DNA of 64,000 bases from NCBI GenBank assembly GCA_051294375.1, contig CM119270.1, forward strand, positions 9,797,530 through 9,861,529, read 5' to 3'. The position numbers were made by a program, and so were the translations under genes. Under the pieces are notes generated by a model. That model was given only the letters and a program-made list of their open reading frames with translations, made no database searches and was not told the origin of the DNA. Positions 27,101 to 40,426 of this stretch are shown here, piece after piece. This stretch comes from Paraspadella gotoi. Taxonomy: Eukaryota; Animalia; Chaetognatha. How positions within the stretch are numbered: the first letter of the stretch is position 1; each line of letters opens with the position of its first letter.

Positions 27101-30100
27101 AAAAAAATATCAATTTGCATCAACAAAAAAATTGTTATTTTTGTTGAAGAGTAGGTGCAAGGAAGATCTAGTGGTGAGTCAAAATTTAATCTTATATGTT
27201 CCCTTTGTCTTACAAAAAGCTTTCTTCTTTGTGAGCCCTTAGTACAATATGGTGAAAATACAAAAAAAATTTTATGGGACTGTTCATTAATAGGAGAGAA
27301 GATGAAGTTAAGTAAGCCGGAAATACCAGTAGTCCACCAATACATATAAATACTTTAAAAGGGCTTAAACTGAACCTGTTTATTGTGGCTAATATTATTT
27401 TGGTACTTGCAAAAATACTTTATAAATCAAAAAAAATTATTTGTTGTTTCGAAGTATACATTATGATTAAAATCTTTTATAAAAACATAGAATAAAAATA
27501 GAATAAATAAAATGAGAAAAATGAAAAAAATTTTGTGAAAAATATCAAAAAAAATAATTTTTAAAAGATTTAAGATAATAACCAGTTTGAGCCAAACAGA
27601 TGTCGGATCTGCCCATCGATCATTATCGGTACACTTAAATAATTAATATTTAATTAATTAATAAATTATTCAAGTTAAATTAATTAAAACAAATAAACAA
27701 AAAGATATTAATTTTAAAAATAAAATTAATTTTTTCTTTAAATCTTAGAAATCCCTACAAAAAGCAGAAGATGAGGAAGGTATAAAGGAAACTTACTTGT
27801 TAAACCAAATAAAAATCGGTGGATTCTTTTTTTAATTAATTAACTTAATTAATTACCACATAATGATCGTGGGCAAAGATCCGACCATTGTTTGCTCAAA
27901 CTTTGTTATGATTATATGTGGATTTTAGAATATCCACCCAACCGTTCATCAGCGTCCACTTGGGTGCCGGCAAGGCAACTAAAGGTCCATTCAGCTTCTC
28001 CAACCCAAACGGGTCGGGTTCTGCCCAGTGGTGCAGTCTTGGCCAGTAAGCAGTGGGACGGGGCCCGCTTAACTCCCGCCGCTAAGCCTATCGGTGTCTA
28101 CACGCCTCATCGAAGCTCAGGGACTTGCTTATATTGAATGGTTCGGTTCATTAACCACACATTATCAATCAATTACTGTCTTTTCATTCGTGAGCCCGAC
28201 TGTCCGAACACAACAGCAACAACAACATCTTCAGGCGACATGCCTCAACCTGGCGATGCATTTCNNNNNNNNNNNNNNNNNNNNNNNNNCGCCCACAACA
28301 CATCAGGCGACATGCTTCAACTTGGTGACAAACTTTCCACTAACAACAACAATTCACTGAAGAGACGCAGCAGACTTCTCCCTACGGGAGGGGGGGATGT
28401 ATGGTGGACTAAAATCCACCAACCGTTCATCAGTGGCCATTGGTGCCGGAGGCAAGTCATTCGCCTCCCAACCCAAAGGTCCGGGGTTCTAGCCTGGTGG
28501 TCGCCTAGCAGTTAAGAGGGACGGGGCGCTTAACCCGCCTGTAACTCGGTGTTACAGCCTGATCCGAAGCTCAGGGACTGCTTATATTGAACGGTTCTGT
28601 CATTAACACTTATCAATAATTACTGTCTCTTCAACTTCTTATATTTAATTCTTCATTTGGTACAAGTACATACTTGGAGTTGTATCACTAATAAGTCTAA
28701 AACAAACTACTCTACACATTTTTCAGATGGGTTTTTATGCTTTTATGAGTTAACAAATTTTTCGAATTTATTTCAATTTGACTTTTTACTTTATAAAACA
28801 ATAATAAAAATTAATCTATCAATTTAACTAAAATAAGCTATCTTGCCCACTGATATTTGGAACAAGTAAGATGGTAAGCTTAAAATTCCTAAATTCAACT
28901 TTACTTAAATTCTAAAGTAGGAAGAAAAATTTACCAATGAAGCCGTTCAATATAAGCAGTCCCTGAGCTTTTTTTTTTTCCCTTTATTGTTTTTTTTAAA
29001 TTTATTTTTGCGCTTTTTCATAAAAAGAAGCTTTTTCGCGTGGTGGGGGGGGGGGGGGGGGGTGGGAGATTTTAGACTAGACACTCCACTTCTTGTTTTT
29101 CAAATACCAAAAAAACCCCCCCGGAACCCAAATACAAGCGGCGGGGAAGGGACCACCCACCTCCCCCCTCCCTTTGGGGTGGGGGGGTTCCCTTTCCCGC
29201 GCGCGCTGGGGGGGCGGGCCCCCCTTTGTGGGGGGGTGGTTCCGCGCGGGTGTTGTTTTATGTGGGTTTTCGGGGTGTTTCGTGCTCCCCGGGACGGGGG
29301 GCTTTTTTTTTTTCTTTTTCACCTTTCCCTTTTTTTTCGAAAGACTTAACAAAACCTCCGACTCTTAGCAAACGTTGGGGGTTTTTTTTTTGTGTGGTGG
29401 GCATTCCGCTCCACTTCTCCTTTTTTTTGGGGGAGTGGTCCCTCCCGGTGGGTGGGGGGGGGTTGTTTCTTATGTTCTTCAATATTTTTCCAAGCCACGG
29501 GGAGGGGGACCCCGCCGTCCTCTTCCTGCCCGACGACCACCAGGCTAGAACCCCGGACCTTTGGGTTGGGAGGCGAATGACTTGCCTCCGGCACCAATGG
29601 CCGCTGATGAACGGTTGGTGGATTTTAGTCCACCATACAATAAAAGTTAAATTTCAAAACAGTTTTTTTAAAGATTTTTTGCAGATTTTGGATTCGTCAT
29701 AAAAAGTTGATAAAAAGAAATATAACTCTTTTTGAAAAATTCTTTCATTAAGTGGGTCAAAAATTAGAAAAAGCTATATTTAAGCTGAAAATTAACTTTT
29801 TACATATTAAAATATAGTTTTTTAAATTTTGATCCCACTTAATGAAAGAATTTTTTAAAAATGATTTATATTTTCTTTTTATCAACTTTTAACGAGGAAT
29901 TCAAATCTGCAATCAAAATTAGAAAAGCCATTTTGAAATTTTTCGATTTTATAAGGATAGTACTATATATATATAGCCTATTGCAAAATTAAAAAACATA
30001 AAATTAATTTTTTTTACAAATTAATGTTCACTGATGGTATGTTGTTCAAAATTGACTTCTAGAATTTTGAATGCAACTTCACTACGCCTTATTGGACAGG

Positions 30101-33100
30101 CTTGGTGGTTTAAGGCCTCCATCACTCTTACAAAATAATGAAATAGCAGGTCCCTGCAAGCTTTCAATCAAGACTTCTTCACAGTCTCGTTTATTCACTC
30201 CCAGAGTACTGGCTTCCTATAAATGAAGTGGTATTATTTCAAAGAATGTTTCAATTGTTATAAGACCACTCCTTAAGTATTAGATCGAGAATACTTATTG
30301 TACTTCACACTGTAGTCGGGCATTGCCTAGTTCACCCGCCTATAAGCATGACACATTCAGTCCTGACCCGGTGGCATCATTGAGTAAAGCCATCAGCTCA
30401 TGACCACTAGGTACCGGTTCAATCACAACCCGGTACTACCCTGCAGGAAGCGTGAGGACGGCCTAAGCCGCCTTGGGGCATGGCAAACCCTCAAGCCTGG
30501 TTCCAAGCCCAGGCGCCGTTCCATGGCTGCTAGAGGGGTTATAGAAGTTACGGACAGTCATCTTCAGCCCACGTAGCGCCTTATCCACACTGGTGAGCCC
30601 ATCCTGTCGAGCTATATCCAACCTTCTGATTCCAGGCCCATGGACGTGCTGAGATTGCTCCCCTCCCTCACTGGAAGCAGTGCAAGGGTGGGTTACAATC
30701 TCGGGGGCTTGTCTCGGCGCATTGCCTAGGTTCACCCGCCTATAAGCATGTACACCTTCAGTCCTGACCCGGTGGCTCATTGAGTAAAGCCATCAGCTCA
30801 TGACCACTTAGGTACCGGGTTCGATCCCAACCCAGTACCATTCACCCCCATTCCCGTCTGGGAAAGCGTGAGGACGGCCGTAAGCCGCCCTGTTGGCATG
30901 GCATACCCTCAAGCCTGGTTCCAAGCCCAGGGAGCCGTTCCATGGCTGCTAGAGGGGGTTATAGAAGTTACAGACAGTCATCTTCAGCCCACGTAGCGCC
31001 TTATCCACAGCACTAGCATCAAAATACAAGGAGCTGAATTTTATGAAATTGGTACAACCAATATAAAAATTATCCATTCATTTAATAAATAAGCTATCTT
31101 GCCCCTGACTTTGGACAGGCTTTGGTGGTTTAAGGCCTCCATCACTCTTACAAGATAATGACATAGCAGGTCCCTGTAAGCTTTCAATCAAGACTCTCTC
31201 ACAGTCTCGTTTATTCACTCCCAGAGTACCTGGCTGTAAATGTTTATATCATAAAATAGTTGCCCTATTTTCTAGGGAATCTCTGAAAAAAAATCAAATC
31301 TGAATTAAAAAAATTAAGATACGGTGTTGAACAAACTCCGTCATCACATCCCGTGCTTGTGTATGTTGTGGTGAATATTGCAAAAGTAATGAGTACAGAA
31401 TTTAACTTTCTTGACGAAGTGAAGTTAAAAACGAAGAGTTGCAGCTCAAACCACAGGATTCTTCTTGAAGAAAAAAATATCTTGGGCAAGAAAGAAAAGG
31501 TGGGGGAGATTCTATGAGCGCGATTTTGGAAAAATGTTTTTCGTTTCAAAGATATCAAGGAATTTTTTCATAGAATTGGAGTTCGTGACCTAAAAGTAAT
31601 CCATGCCAAATTTCATGAGAAACCGCTTTACCGTTTGGGCTGCAACTCTTCAAATAGGTTTCTTTTATTTTATATAGTACCAAAAAAAAACGAAAAAAAC
31701 GATAACGCCTTTGAAAAAATAGTAAAGTGAATACATTTTCGGAATCGCCAGGAGCTATCCTTTCGAAATCCGAGCTCGGTTTTAGCCTAATTATAATTTG
31801 AATTGAGTGATCCCGGACCTTAATCACAAACAAACAATAAAAAAGAAAGTCAAATACAATGGTAAAAACACCATACAATTTTAATGGGACTGTTCTTATA
31901 TTTCAGAAAAAAATATCAAAACCTTTGGTGGATACACTTAAATTAAATTTTATTGCTATTTCGTTTTTAAAAATGGTAAGGTTACGGTTGGTGTTGTAGA
32001 AGACGAGTGTTTATACAGCTATCTGGTTTATTAAGACTAAAACATGTAAAAATTTGCAAGTAAAGATCTAGTGGGTGCAGACAGAAGAGCAAATTTCTAT
32101 AGAAAGTAAAGGGAAAATGCTCATAGTAGAGAAAGTAAGAGACAAATCCTTGTAGGAGAGAAGAAAAGTTTAGTAATTTCACTAAAGTTATTTACAAATA
32201 CTATATATAGAAAAAATGTACAATTTCGGGGGGTAAGTAAATCACTAAAGTTATATACAACAATTGTTTTAAGTAACCGGAACAAAAAAAAATTGAAAAC
32301 AAAAAAAGAAAAAGGAGAAAAATGTACAATTTCGGCGGTAATTCTTTTTTACCTGAGATTTTCTTCCTTGTGGTCGTTGGACACCTTCTTCAAGAGGACG
32401 TCGGCCAAGCCACGGGCCGCATCCGCCAAACCGCGCTTAAGATCATCGCAGTCGAGACGAATCAGGTCGAAGTGCTCGATGGAGGAAAGACCAGAGATCT
32501 CTCTCCCGATGGCGCTGAATCGCTCGATAAACTGGAAAGGGAGGAAGTGATGGAATGGAAATGAAATGAATGGAGAAATGAAGGAATGAAAGAATGAATA
32601 AAACGAATGAATGAATAAATAAATTATTAAATGAACGAATGAATTAATAATGGAATGAATGAATGAATGAATGAATGAATGAATGACGATAAAACTAAAG
32701 TTTAAATGAAGGAACATATGAATGAATTAAGAAATGGACAAATGATTAAATTTCTAAACGATTGAATAAGATATGAATGATTGATCAAGTTGAAAAGCTT
32801 CTCACTTGGCAATACTCTTGAAAAGAGTGCTCTTCTTCCATAAACTGATCGATTTGCGATCTCGCCTCTCCGTTCACGATGTAATCGTATCTGAAATTAA
32901 AACATCATTGGTCACCCTTGTTGCCATTACTGTCATCCTCATTCTACTTTTTATTTTTTCACTATTTCAAATGTAATGTTATTTTATTACTTTTTTTAAT
33001 CAATTGAGTTCTAAAAATGATTTAATGATAAAATAACGTTGAGTCGTTTCTGCAGTTACGTGATCACCTCTCCTTGAACGTCTGCAGATGTTCCGAGGGC

Positions 33101-36100
33101 GCGACGAAGTAGTATTTACAGGCGGACTTCAAATTCTCGATCGATTCCGTGATGATGTGAGAGGCTACAGTGGCGTCCGTGTAGACCGGATTACCGCCAC
33201 TCAGCCATGACTGTACAGTGGGCACCGCCTGCATCGTTTTAGTCACCTGAAGAGGGGGGAAAATCAAGAGGGAAAGCTTTCGGAAATTGAAAAAACGACT
33301 CTCGCTCTCTCTCTGAATAATTACTGTCTCTTCAGGTTAAAGCTGCGAAAAATGATCAAAACGTTTTATCATATAATAGTTTCTATTTCAAAGGGTAATA
33401 AGTGGAGAATTTGACAATTTTTTTCCATTTTTGACGCTGAAGACATTGAAATTTTTAATAACATATTTTATATTTTTGATCTAAATTTTTATGAAAAATC
33501 AGAATCTTTAATAAAAATAAAAAAAAAAAAAAATTTAAAATTTATGATTTTATAAGAATATTATTATAAATATATCGTAATTAATGATACTATTCCCCAA
33601 ACAATATAAGCAAAATATTTTTTGTACTCCTTAATAATACTATCTCACGTCTAAATATTCTTGTTTGTTCACTCAAATAAAATTTATGTTCCCCAGTGCT
33701 CCGCTCTCAGTAAGAACGAATTAAACACCTTGTGGATTCAGCGTTAAGATAATTGAAAATGATGAATTCGACGGCGATAAAAATGATCGAGAAAATTATT
33801 GCAAAATTCTAACTTCCCAAATCTACATCAACAAACTTAAGAGAGGATGTTGTTGACTACGGAGTAAATCGTTCTCCGCTCACCGCGTCTTCTTCAAATC
33901 GTAAATCGCCATGAAGGCGAAAAGCCCTGTTGACGATGCCATTTTCAATGTCAGTGCAAACCCTGCCTTCTGCGCCGTTGCCAACGGGTCGCGGCCTAAT
34001 AATCAAGCGTAAAAACTTATCTTGTGCTCCGGCTGCAAAGAAGATCATTTCATTGCCTCCTGCCCTTCTTTCCGAAACTTAAATTCCGATTCAAGAAAGA
34101 ACTGCGCCGTGCATCTACGACTTTGCTTCCGTTGTTTAAATGGTGGGCACATTGCTAAAAACTGTTGGTCCGAGCGCCATTGTGGTGCTTGTGATAGGTT
34201 GCATCACACTTCGCTTCACGACTCTTTTGGTGGAACAACGCTACTGCCTTCAAAAGGAACATTTTCCACAGAATCAAATAAACTCGTCGTGGAGAAAACC
34301 ACCGACCCATTGAATCTCTCGACGCCAGCTCAAGAAGCACCAAGACCCGCGGACCCTACCGCAGAGTTTGAAAAGCCAAATCTAAAAGGAAAATCTCCTT
34401 CCTTGTCATCGGAGCCTTCAGTGACACCAACATTGTCGAGTTCAAAATCTGTATCAGCGTCACCTTGGTCGACATCGTCATCCCTATCAATTAAGATAAT
34501 TCGACCGGCTGAGGCAAAGCCGCGACCAAAGATAACAAGAAAATATTTTTGTATTACCTGTTTAGCAACAGATCACAACCAAAAACACTGTAATATTGTT
34601 AAAAAGGTTCGTTCTAATTACAATAGTTAGTACTTTTATGTTTAAGTATTATGCGGTTTGTAACTAACCCATTTGTCACTTTTCCATATTTTAAATGTCA
34701 ACATCTTTATAGATTGTCAATATCTTTATGTTTATTGTTTAACCTATATTGACAAGAGGGGGAGTAAAATATGTTAGGCTTGCCTCTGTTCACACTAAGG
34801 ACGTTTTTGATAAATAGTATCTGGTCTCTTTCTTACGCCTCAATTTCCGAGAGTTTCGCGAGGCGCGTTTTAGATTTCTATTGAACTCTCACCAAAATTG
34901 TTCGCCCGGAGAAACTTCGTTCTTACGAGTATCAAATATTCGATATCTACTTTTACTTTGTCTTGTGCGACTCAAGTTAGTACATTTCGTTACGGGCGAA
35001 TCAACGACATTGGTCTCCGCGGGCGCAAAGTCTCAAATAACTTTACACCATCCCAGGCGTAGTGTTCCATCCACACTGTTCCATCCACATACCTAACGAC
35101 TTCCCTCTGCGTTGGCAAAGCGAGACCGCCCTAGGGTAACCGTTCCAGTGACTTGATGCATCACTGAGGGTTGGAAGCCCCCAAAGCCAACAGTGAGTTA
35201 CCCCATCCCAATGGGCATCACAGGCAACTCGGCTGTTGCCATAAGTGGTGAGCCCTACTATCGAACACGCAACCTTCTCAGGGTATGCTACGACAAACGC
35301 CTATGCCCTGCCGACTTTGGGTACGCTACGACAAACGCCTATGCCCCTGGGGTACGCTACGACAAACGCCTATGCCTTCACAACTCGCGCTTTCTCTCTC
35401 TCCCACTATGGTAACAGTGAGATGGGCATCACAGGCAATCCGGTTGTTGCCATACCCCGTCATTTGATCGGATGATGATGACTCGCGGAGAGGAAAGTGG
35501 ACAAACGACAGAGCTAATTAGTTTGTGGGGATCGGGACAAGTAGTCATCATTGCTAATGGTGATCGGGACTCTTTAGAGTGAGTATTGACCTTTTAAACC
35601 GTCGCTATACTTCAAAAAGTCGAATTGTTTTAGCCGTGATGCGTTTAATCTCCGGCTATCCCGGTTTTTTTGGCTTAAAGAGAGGGCTCATCACTGAAGT
35701 CTTCAGTGAAGGGAACGATTTGAGCGGGCCAGTGAAAGGAGGTCCTCTAGTGAGATGCCCCCTCGACACTGACATTTACAACTCAAAGCCATCACTAACT
35801 TGTGTGATTAGTAGAGTGATCAATTCTTGCAAGTCCTGGTAGGGTGGGTAGAACTGCATTTTTTCGTCATCAAAGGTAAGTTCCATCTTCAGGGTAGGGA
35901 GCTTTTTGTTGTCGTCGCTGACTTCGAAGGCTTCTACCCAGGAGCGAATCGTGCGCACCAGCAAGTCTTTCAACTGTAGTAAAAACAAAGGTTGATCAAA
36001 TAATAATTTATTATAAAGTAATTTGATTAATTTGATTTGATTAATTAATTATTTAATTTGATTAATTCTAATCAAAACAAGATGTCTCATCCACACTAAC

Positions 36101-39100
36101 TCGATATCATCGTTTTCTGCCTGTCAAAAGTCGACTCGTGAATCTGCTTCACCATAACAATGCGTAATCATTAGGGCGGATCATATGCACATATAATTTT
36201 TCAGAATATGTTGCCTATCGGTGATTCCACTATCTAATGTAGTTTTATTCGATTTCGCAATAATAATTTCCAAAAAAATATTCAGGATCTACTGCAGATT
36301 TTATAATTTAAAAAAATCTTCAATTGCGATATGTGATTGGTGGAAATTGATCACGTGACCATCGAATTTTAGTTTGTTTTATTCTTAATAAAAAGTTATT
36401 TTTACGTATTTAAAGCAATACATTAAGATTTATGAACAATATCAAAGAGTTAATAAGCAAGTGAAAGAAATAAATAAAGCTCCTGACCGTATCAAAGATT
36501 GTACGGACATACAATCGACTTATCTCTCACTCTTTCTTACTCCCTCTCTCTCTTTCTCTCTCTCTCTGAAGAAAAATTCTATCTTCTCGCACGCGGAAAC
36601 TAACGTTCAAGTGTCCCCCGTCCAAAAATGAGTCGACAAGAGTTTCAAAACGTATGTTTAATGAGAGAAAACAGTAAAAAAAAACATGGTTTAGTAACTC
36701 GTAGAAACAAGTTTCAGACGGACGATCGTGATTCGGTCTTAAAAACGAATAAAAACGTAGTCAATGGGAAGTCCAGCTCCAGAGATGAATCAAAGCCCAA
36801 GTTCTAGGATATTTTTTTTTTCATTTTTAATTTTTAAAATTTTGAAACTTAAGAGATTGTATGTACATTGTACAATACTTAGATTTTAAAGCAAGAAATA
36901 TTTTCGAAATTTGCTGTTATTCGCTTAGGCAATAATTTGTAGTCAGAATTCATTCAGCCAAGTGAAATAAGAACTCGAAAAAGATATGTGATGAAGGCCC
37001 GTCCGTAGCGCATAACGGTGCTCAGAGCGGCGTCCTTGGATTCGTGTCCTGGACAAAAGCATCGTAAACAATTCATTACTAAATTACGATAGTGGGAGCA
37101 GGAAGATGAAGTATGTTTTCTTCATATAAGATACACTCGCGATCTTTTGGTGCTTGAGTTTTTTTGTTGATTCAGCGACGTCCTTGGCAACGAAATCGGT
37201 CGTGGAGCCGAAGATGAAGGATCCGGCGAAGGAAACGGCGCTGAAGTTGATGCAGGAGGTCACGGTGCTGTCGGCGCAGAAGACGACGAAAGGAGTCGTT
37301 ATCAGCGGCTACATAAAGGCAACCTTTTTTCTCCTGAAAGATTTTCTATTATTTTTTGGAGAAAGTCACGAAAGAACGTTGAAACTTTGTCGATCCAAAT
37401 CGAAGAAAGAATAGGTGAGGATTGAAGGTTTTATTCGAGGAGATTTTCCTCCAGTGTCGAAATTCGACCATGGAGTGGAGAGATCGCAAAACCGACGGCC
37501 GCTTCAATGAGCGGCCGCTAATTGCATTGATCGAGATAACCCCAAACTCGGGAATAAGTAAAAGAAATATAAAATATATTTTTTGAAAGAAAAACAAAAT
37601 GAATTTGTGATGATACGGCGAGTCCACGATACGGGTTACGTCGTTTTTACTGTAGAAAGAATGCTCGATTCGTTCGGCCGTGGTTAACTGGCTTTCAACA
37701 TGGAGCAAGGTTTTTCTAAATCTTGAATGACGTAAATGTCGAATAAATGACGAATAAATCGTGAATAAGTTTATTTATTGTAGAGAATAATTTAATGGCG
37801 AAATTAATGAAAGTATGGTGGACTAAAATCCACCAACCGTTCATCAGGAGGCAAGTCATTCGCTCTCCAACCCAAAGGTCCGGGGTTCTGCCTGGTGGTC
37901 GCCTTGCAGTTAAAGGGACGGCGGGCTTAACCCGGCCGTAACCGGTGTTACAGCCTGATTCGAAGCTCAGGACTGCCTATATTGAACGGTTCTGTCATCT
38001 AACTCATAACAATTATTACTGTCTCTTCAGAAGTACAATAAAATGGTTAAGAAAATCTTGATTCCGTAAAAACTACGGTTCCATACGGCCGATTTTTTCC
38101 AGAGAAACAATTATGACGAGGTTTTCGGCTAAAAAAAGCGACAGAACTGTGAAAAGACTGGTCTGAAAAGCGTCAAACTAAATAACCAGGGAAAAGATGG
38201 ACGCGAGCTCACAAAATCTCTTTATTGTATTATTTATATCCTTTCCAAAAAATATAGTTACTAACTATATATTACTGTGAGATAAGACAGTGCAGATTTT
38301 AATTTATTTGCCAATATTTCGATTTATATTAAGAAATTTTTTGAACTCAAAAAGGACCGGTAAAAAAAATATGGAGACGGGGCAGCAAGTAAAAAAGAAA
38401 AAATTAGACGGGAAACAATGTTTAGAGGGGAATTGTTGTGGGGCGATGCGCGGAGGGCGCCGGACTGGCTTTGGGAAGCCACCGCAGACCTCTTAACGCG
38501 TAGACCTACAATGTCAGTTAGCGCACCGACGGGACGGCACGTCGACCGCAAATGAAGCCGACTGTGTAGGATCTGTGAATATGAATACACAAGAGAACGG
38601 GGGACGCCATCTAAATTAGACTCACACTCGAACACATACTTTTCTAATGAATGTCACAGATGCTCACTATAAGGCTGAAAGGGAACAAGTAATGAATCGC
38701 ACCACTTATGAATACACAATGAAATCAATAACTGATGAATGTTCACATCGCGTAAGGTGTCAAGAGTCTTTGAAGGATCCCCTTCCACTAATACCGTCTT
38801 CCAACAATGATCGCCACGCCTTTCTGCAGGTTAAAGGATGAAGAGGTAAGATTAAGTTAGCTTAAGGGATTAAGAGTAAGGATTAAGTTACTTAAGGTGG
38901 ATTAGAGGTTAGATTAAGTAAGCTTAAGGGATTAGGGTTAATGATTGCGGTTTATGGATTTGTTAATCTGATTTTGCTGAATGGAAAGAGGAGCCGCAAG
39001 AATAAAAGCAAAAAAGGAAAAAATAATTAGGAGACTCGAGACTCATTGGAAAATATTTTTGATAAAAGAGTCTACGGACGGATTAAAAGACTGACATAAA

Positions 39101-39943
39101 ACGGATTTGAAGATTCTGCCTGAAAATCGCAATAACCCATTACCTTTCGTTTCAATCAGAAACCGGAAGACGTTTGTCGTTTCAATCAAAGAACGACTAG
39201 GCTCTTTGTTTGCAACCAATCAGAAACTGAGATTCTTCGCCGCCTCAGAACGTAGGAGACGGAAAGTCTTAAGATTCGTTCGTTTCATTCGACTCCTTCG
39301 TTGTCGTCGTCGTCGTCGTTCGCTCTGATCTTTCTTTCTTTCTTTCTTTCCTTTCTGTTCTTTTCTTTTCTTGTCTTGTCTTTCTTTCTTTCGTTTTTTG
39401 TGCTTTTTCTGTTTTCCGTTTTTCTTGTAAACTTTTTCTTTTCAATTTTTGTATCTTTATCTTTTCGTTCTTTCTTTTTTTTTCTTTCCATTTCACGTCA
39501 TGTCGCTTATCGTGTCTTTCTTTCTTGTCTTTCTTTCTTTTTCTTCCTTTCTTTCTTTCTTTCTTCTTTTTTCTTTCTTTCTTTCTTTCTGTTTGCTTTC
39601 TCTTTCTTTCTTTTTCACTCTCTATTTTCTTTCTTTCCACTTCTCTTTCTATCCTTTCCTTCTGCTATTTATTCGCTCCTTTCATTCCTTCCTCTGCTCT
39701 TCCATCGTTTGCGCTTTTCCTTTCTTATTTCTTTCCATCCTTCATTCATTTTTCTTCTTTGCTCTGCATCATTCGAGTCTTCTTTTTTTTTTTCAGACGA
39801 AAAAATTCTTCTAATCAAAGTCGTTGAATTTACCCCGTCCGCCGTCGTCGTCGTCGTCGCCGTCGCGCGTGCGTCGTCGTCGTCATCGTTTTCGTCCCTG
39901 ACTCATCGCAAGCATCTCACGAACGTTACCTACTCTTCTCTCT

Positions 39944-39992
<49 letters not shown>

Positions 39993-40229
39993 GTGTCTCT
40001 CTACGTCTCTCATTGCTCTCTAATCTCTCTCTCTCGTCTCTCTCTCTTTCATGTTCTTGTCGTGTAAATTTTGCGAAGTCAATTTTTTAAATATGCGTCA
40101 TTGTTTTATACTATTAATGGCTAATGCATTAATAAATTTTTTCTCAGTAATACAAAATTGAAAGTTTTGAAAGTTTATTTCTGTGCCTGGGTAATGGCCT
40201 ACCCAACTAAACGTCTTACGCATTATGAG

Positions 40230-40324
<95 letters not shown>

Positions 40325-40379
40325 ACGCCTTTGTCCGAGGGTCATGCCGGCAAATTGATCCCTCCCCTTCTAAAAAGAG

Positions 40380-40426
<47 letters not shown>

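Larger units (their letters stand above)
23718..29900 (+). other. Indel-rich duplicate of ~16.2-21.9 kb including three dynein exons
   Basis: Colinear copy with frameshifted exon copies at ~24310-24557, 26553-26635 and 26756-26908; starts at an N-gap and contains another. Confidence 0.8.

Noticed and set aside
30766-30835. Functional tRNA genes in the LTRs
   Set aside because: Anticodon and acceptor stems do not form a full cloverleaf; only promoter-like boxes remain.
35474-35505. Hammerhead-like ATGATGA-CTC..GAG-GAAA
   Set aside because: The core lacks the initial C, and there is no convincing stem I/III.
38430-38640. GC-rich island with GGGACGG resembling a twister T1 strand
   Set aside because: No TAA, P3, P4 or L4 could be assigned; the sequence looks noisy.
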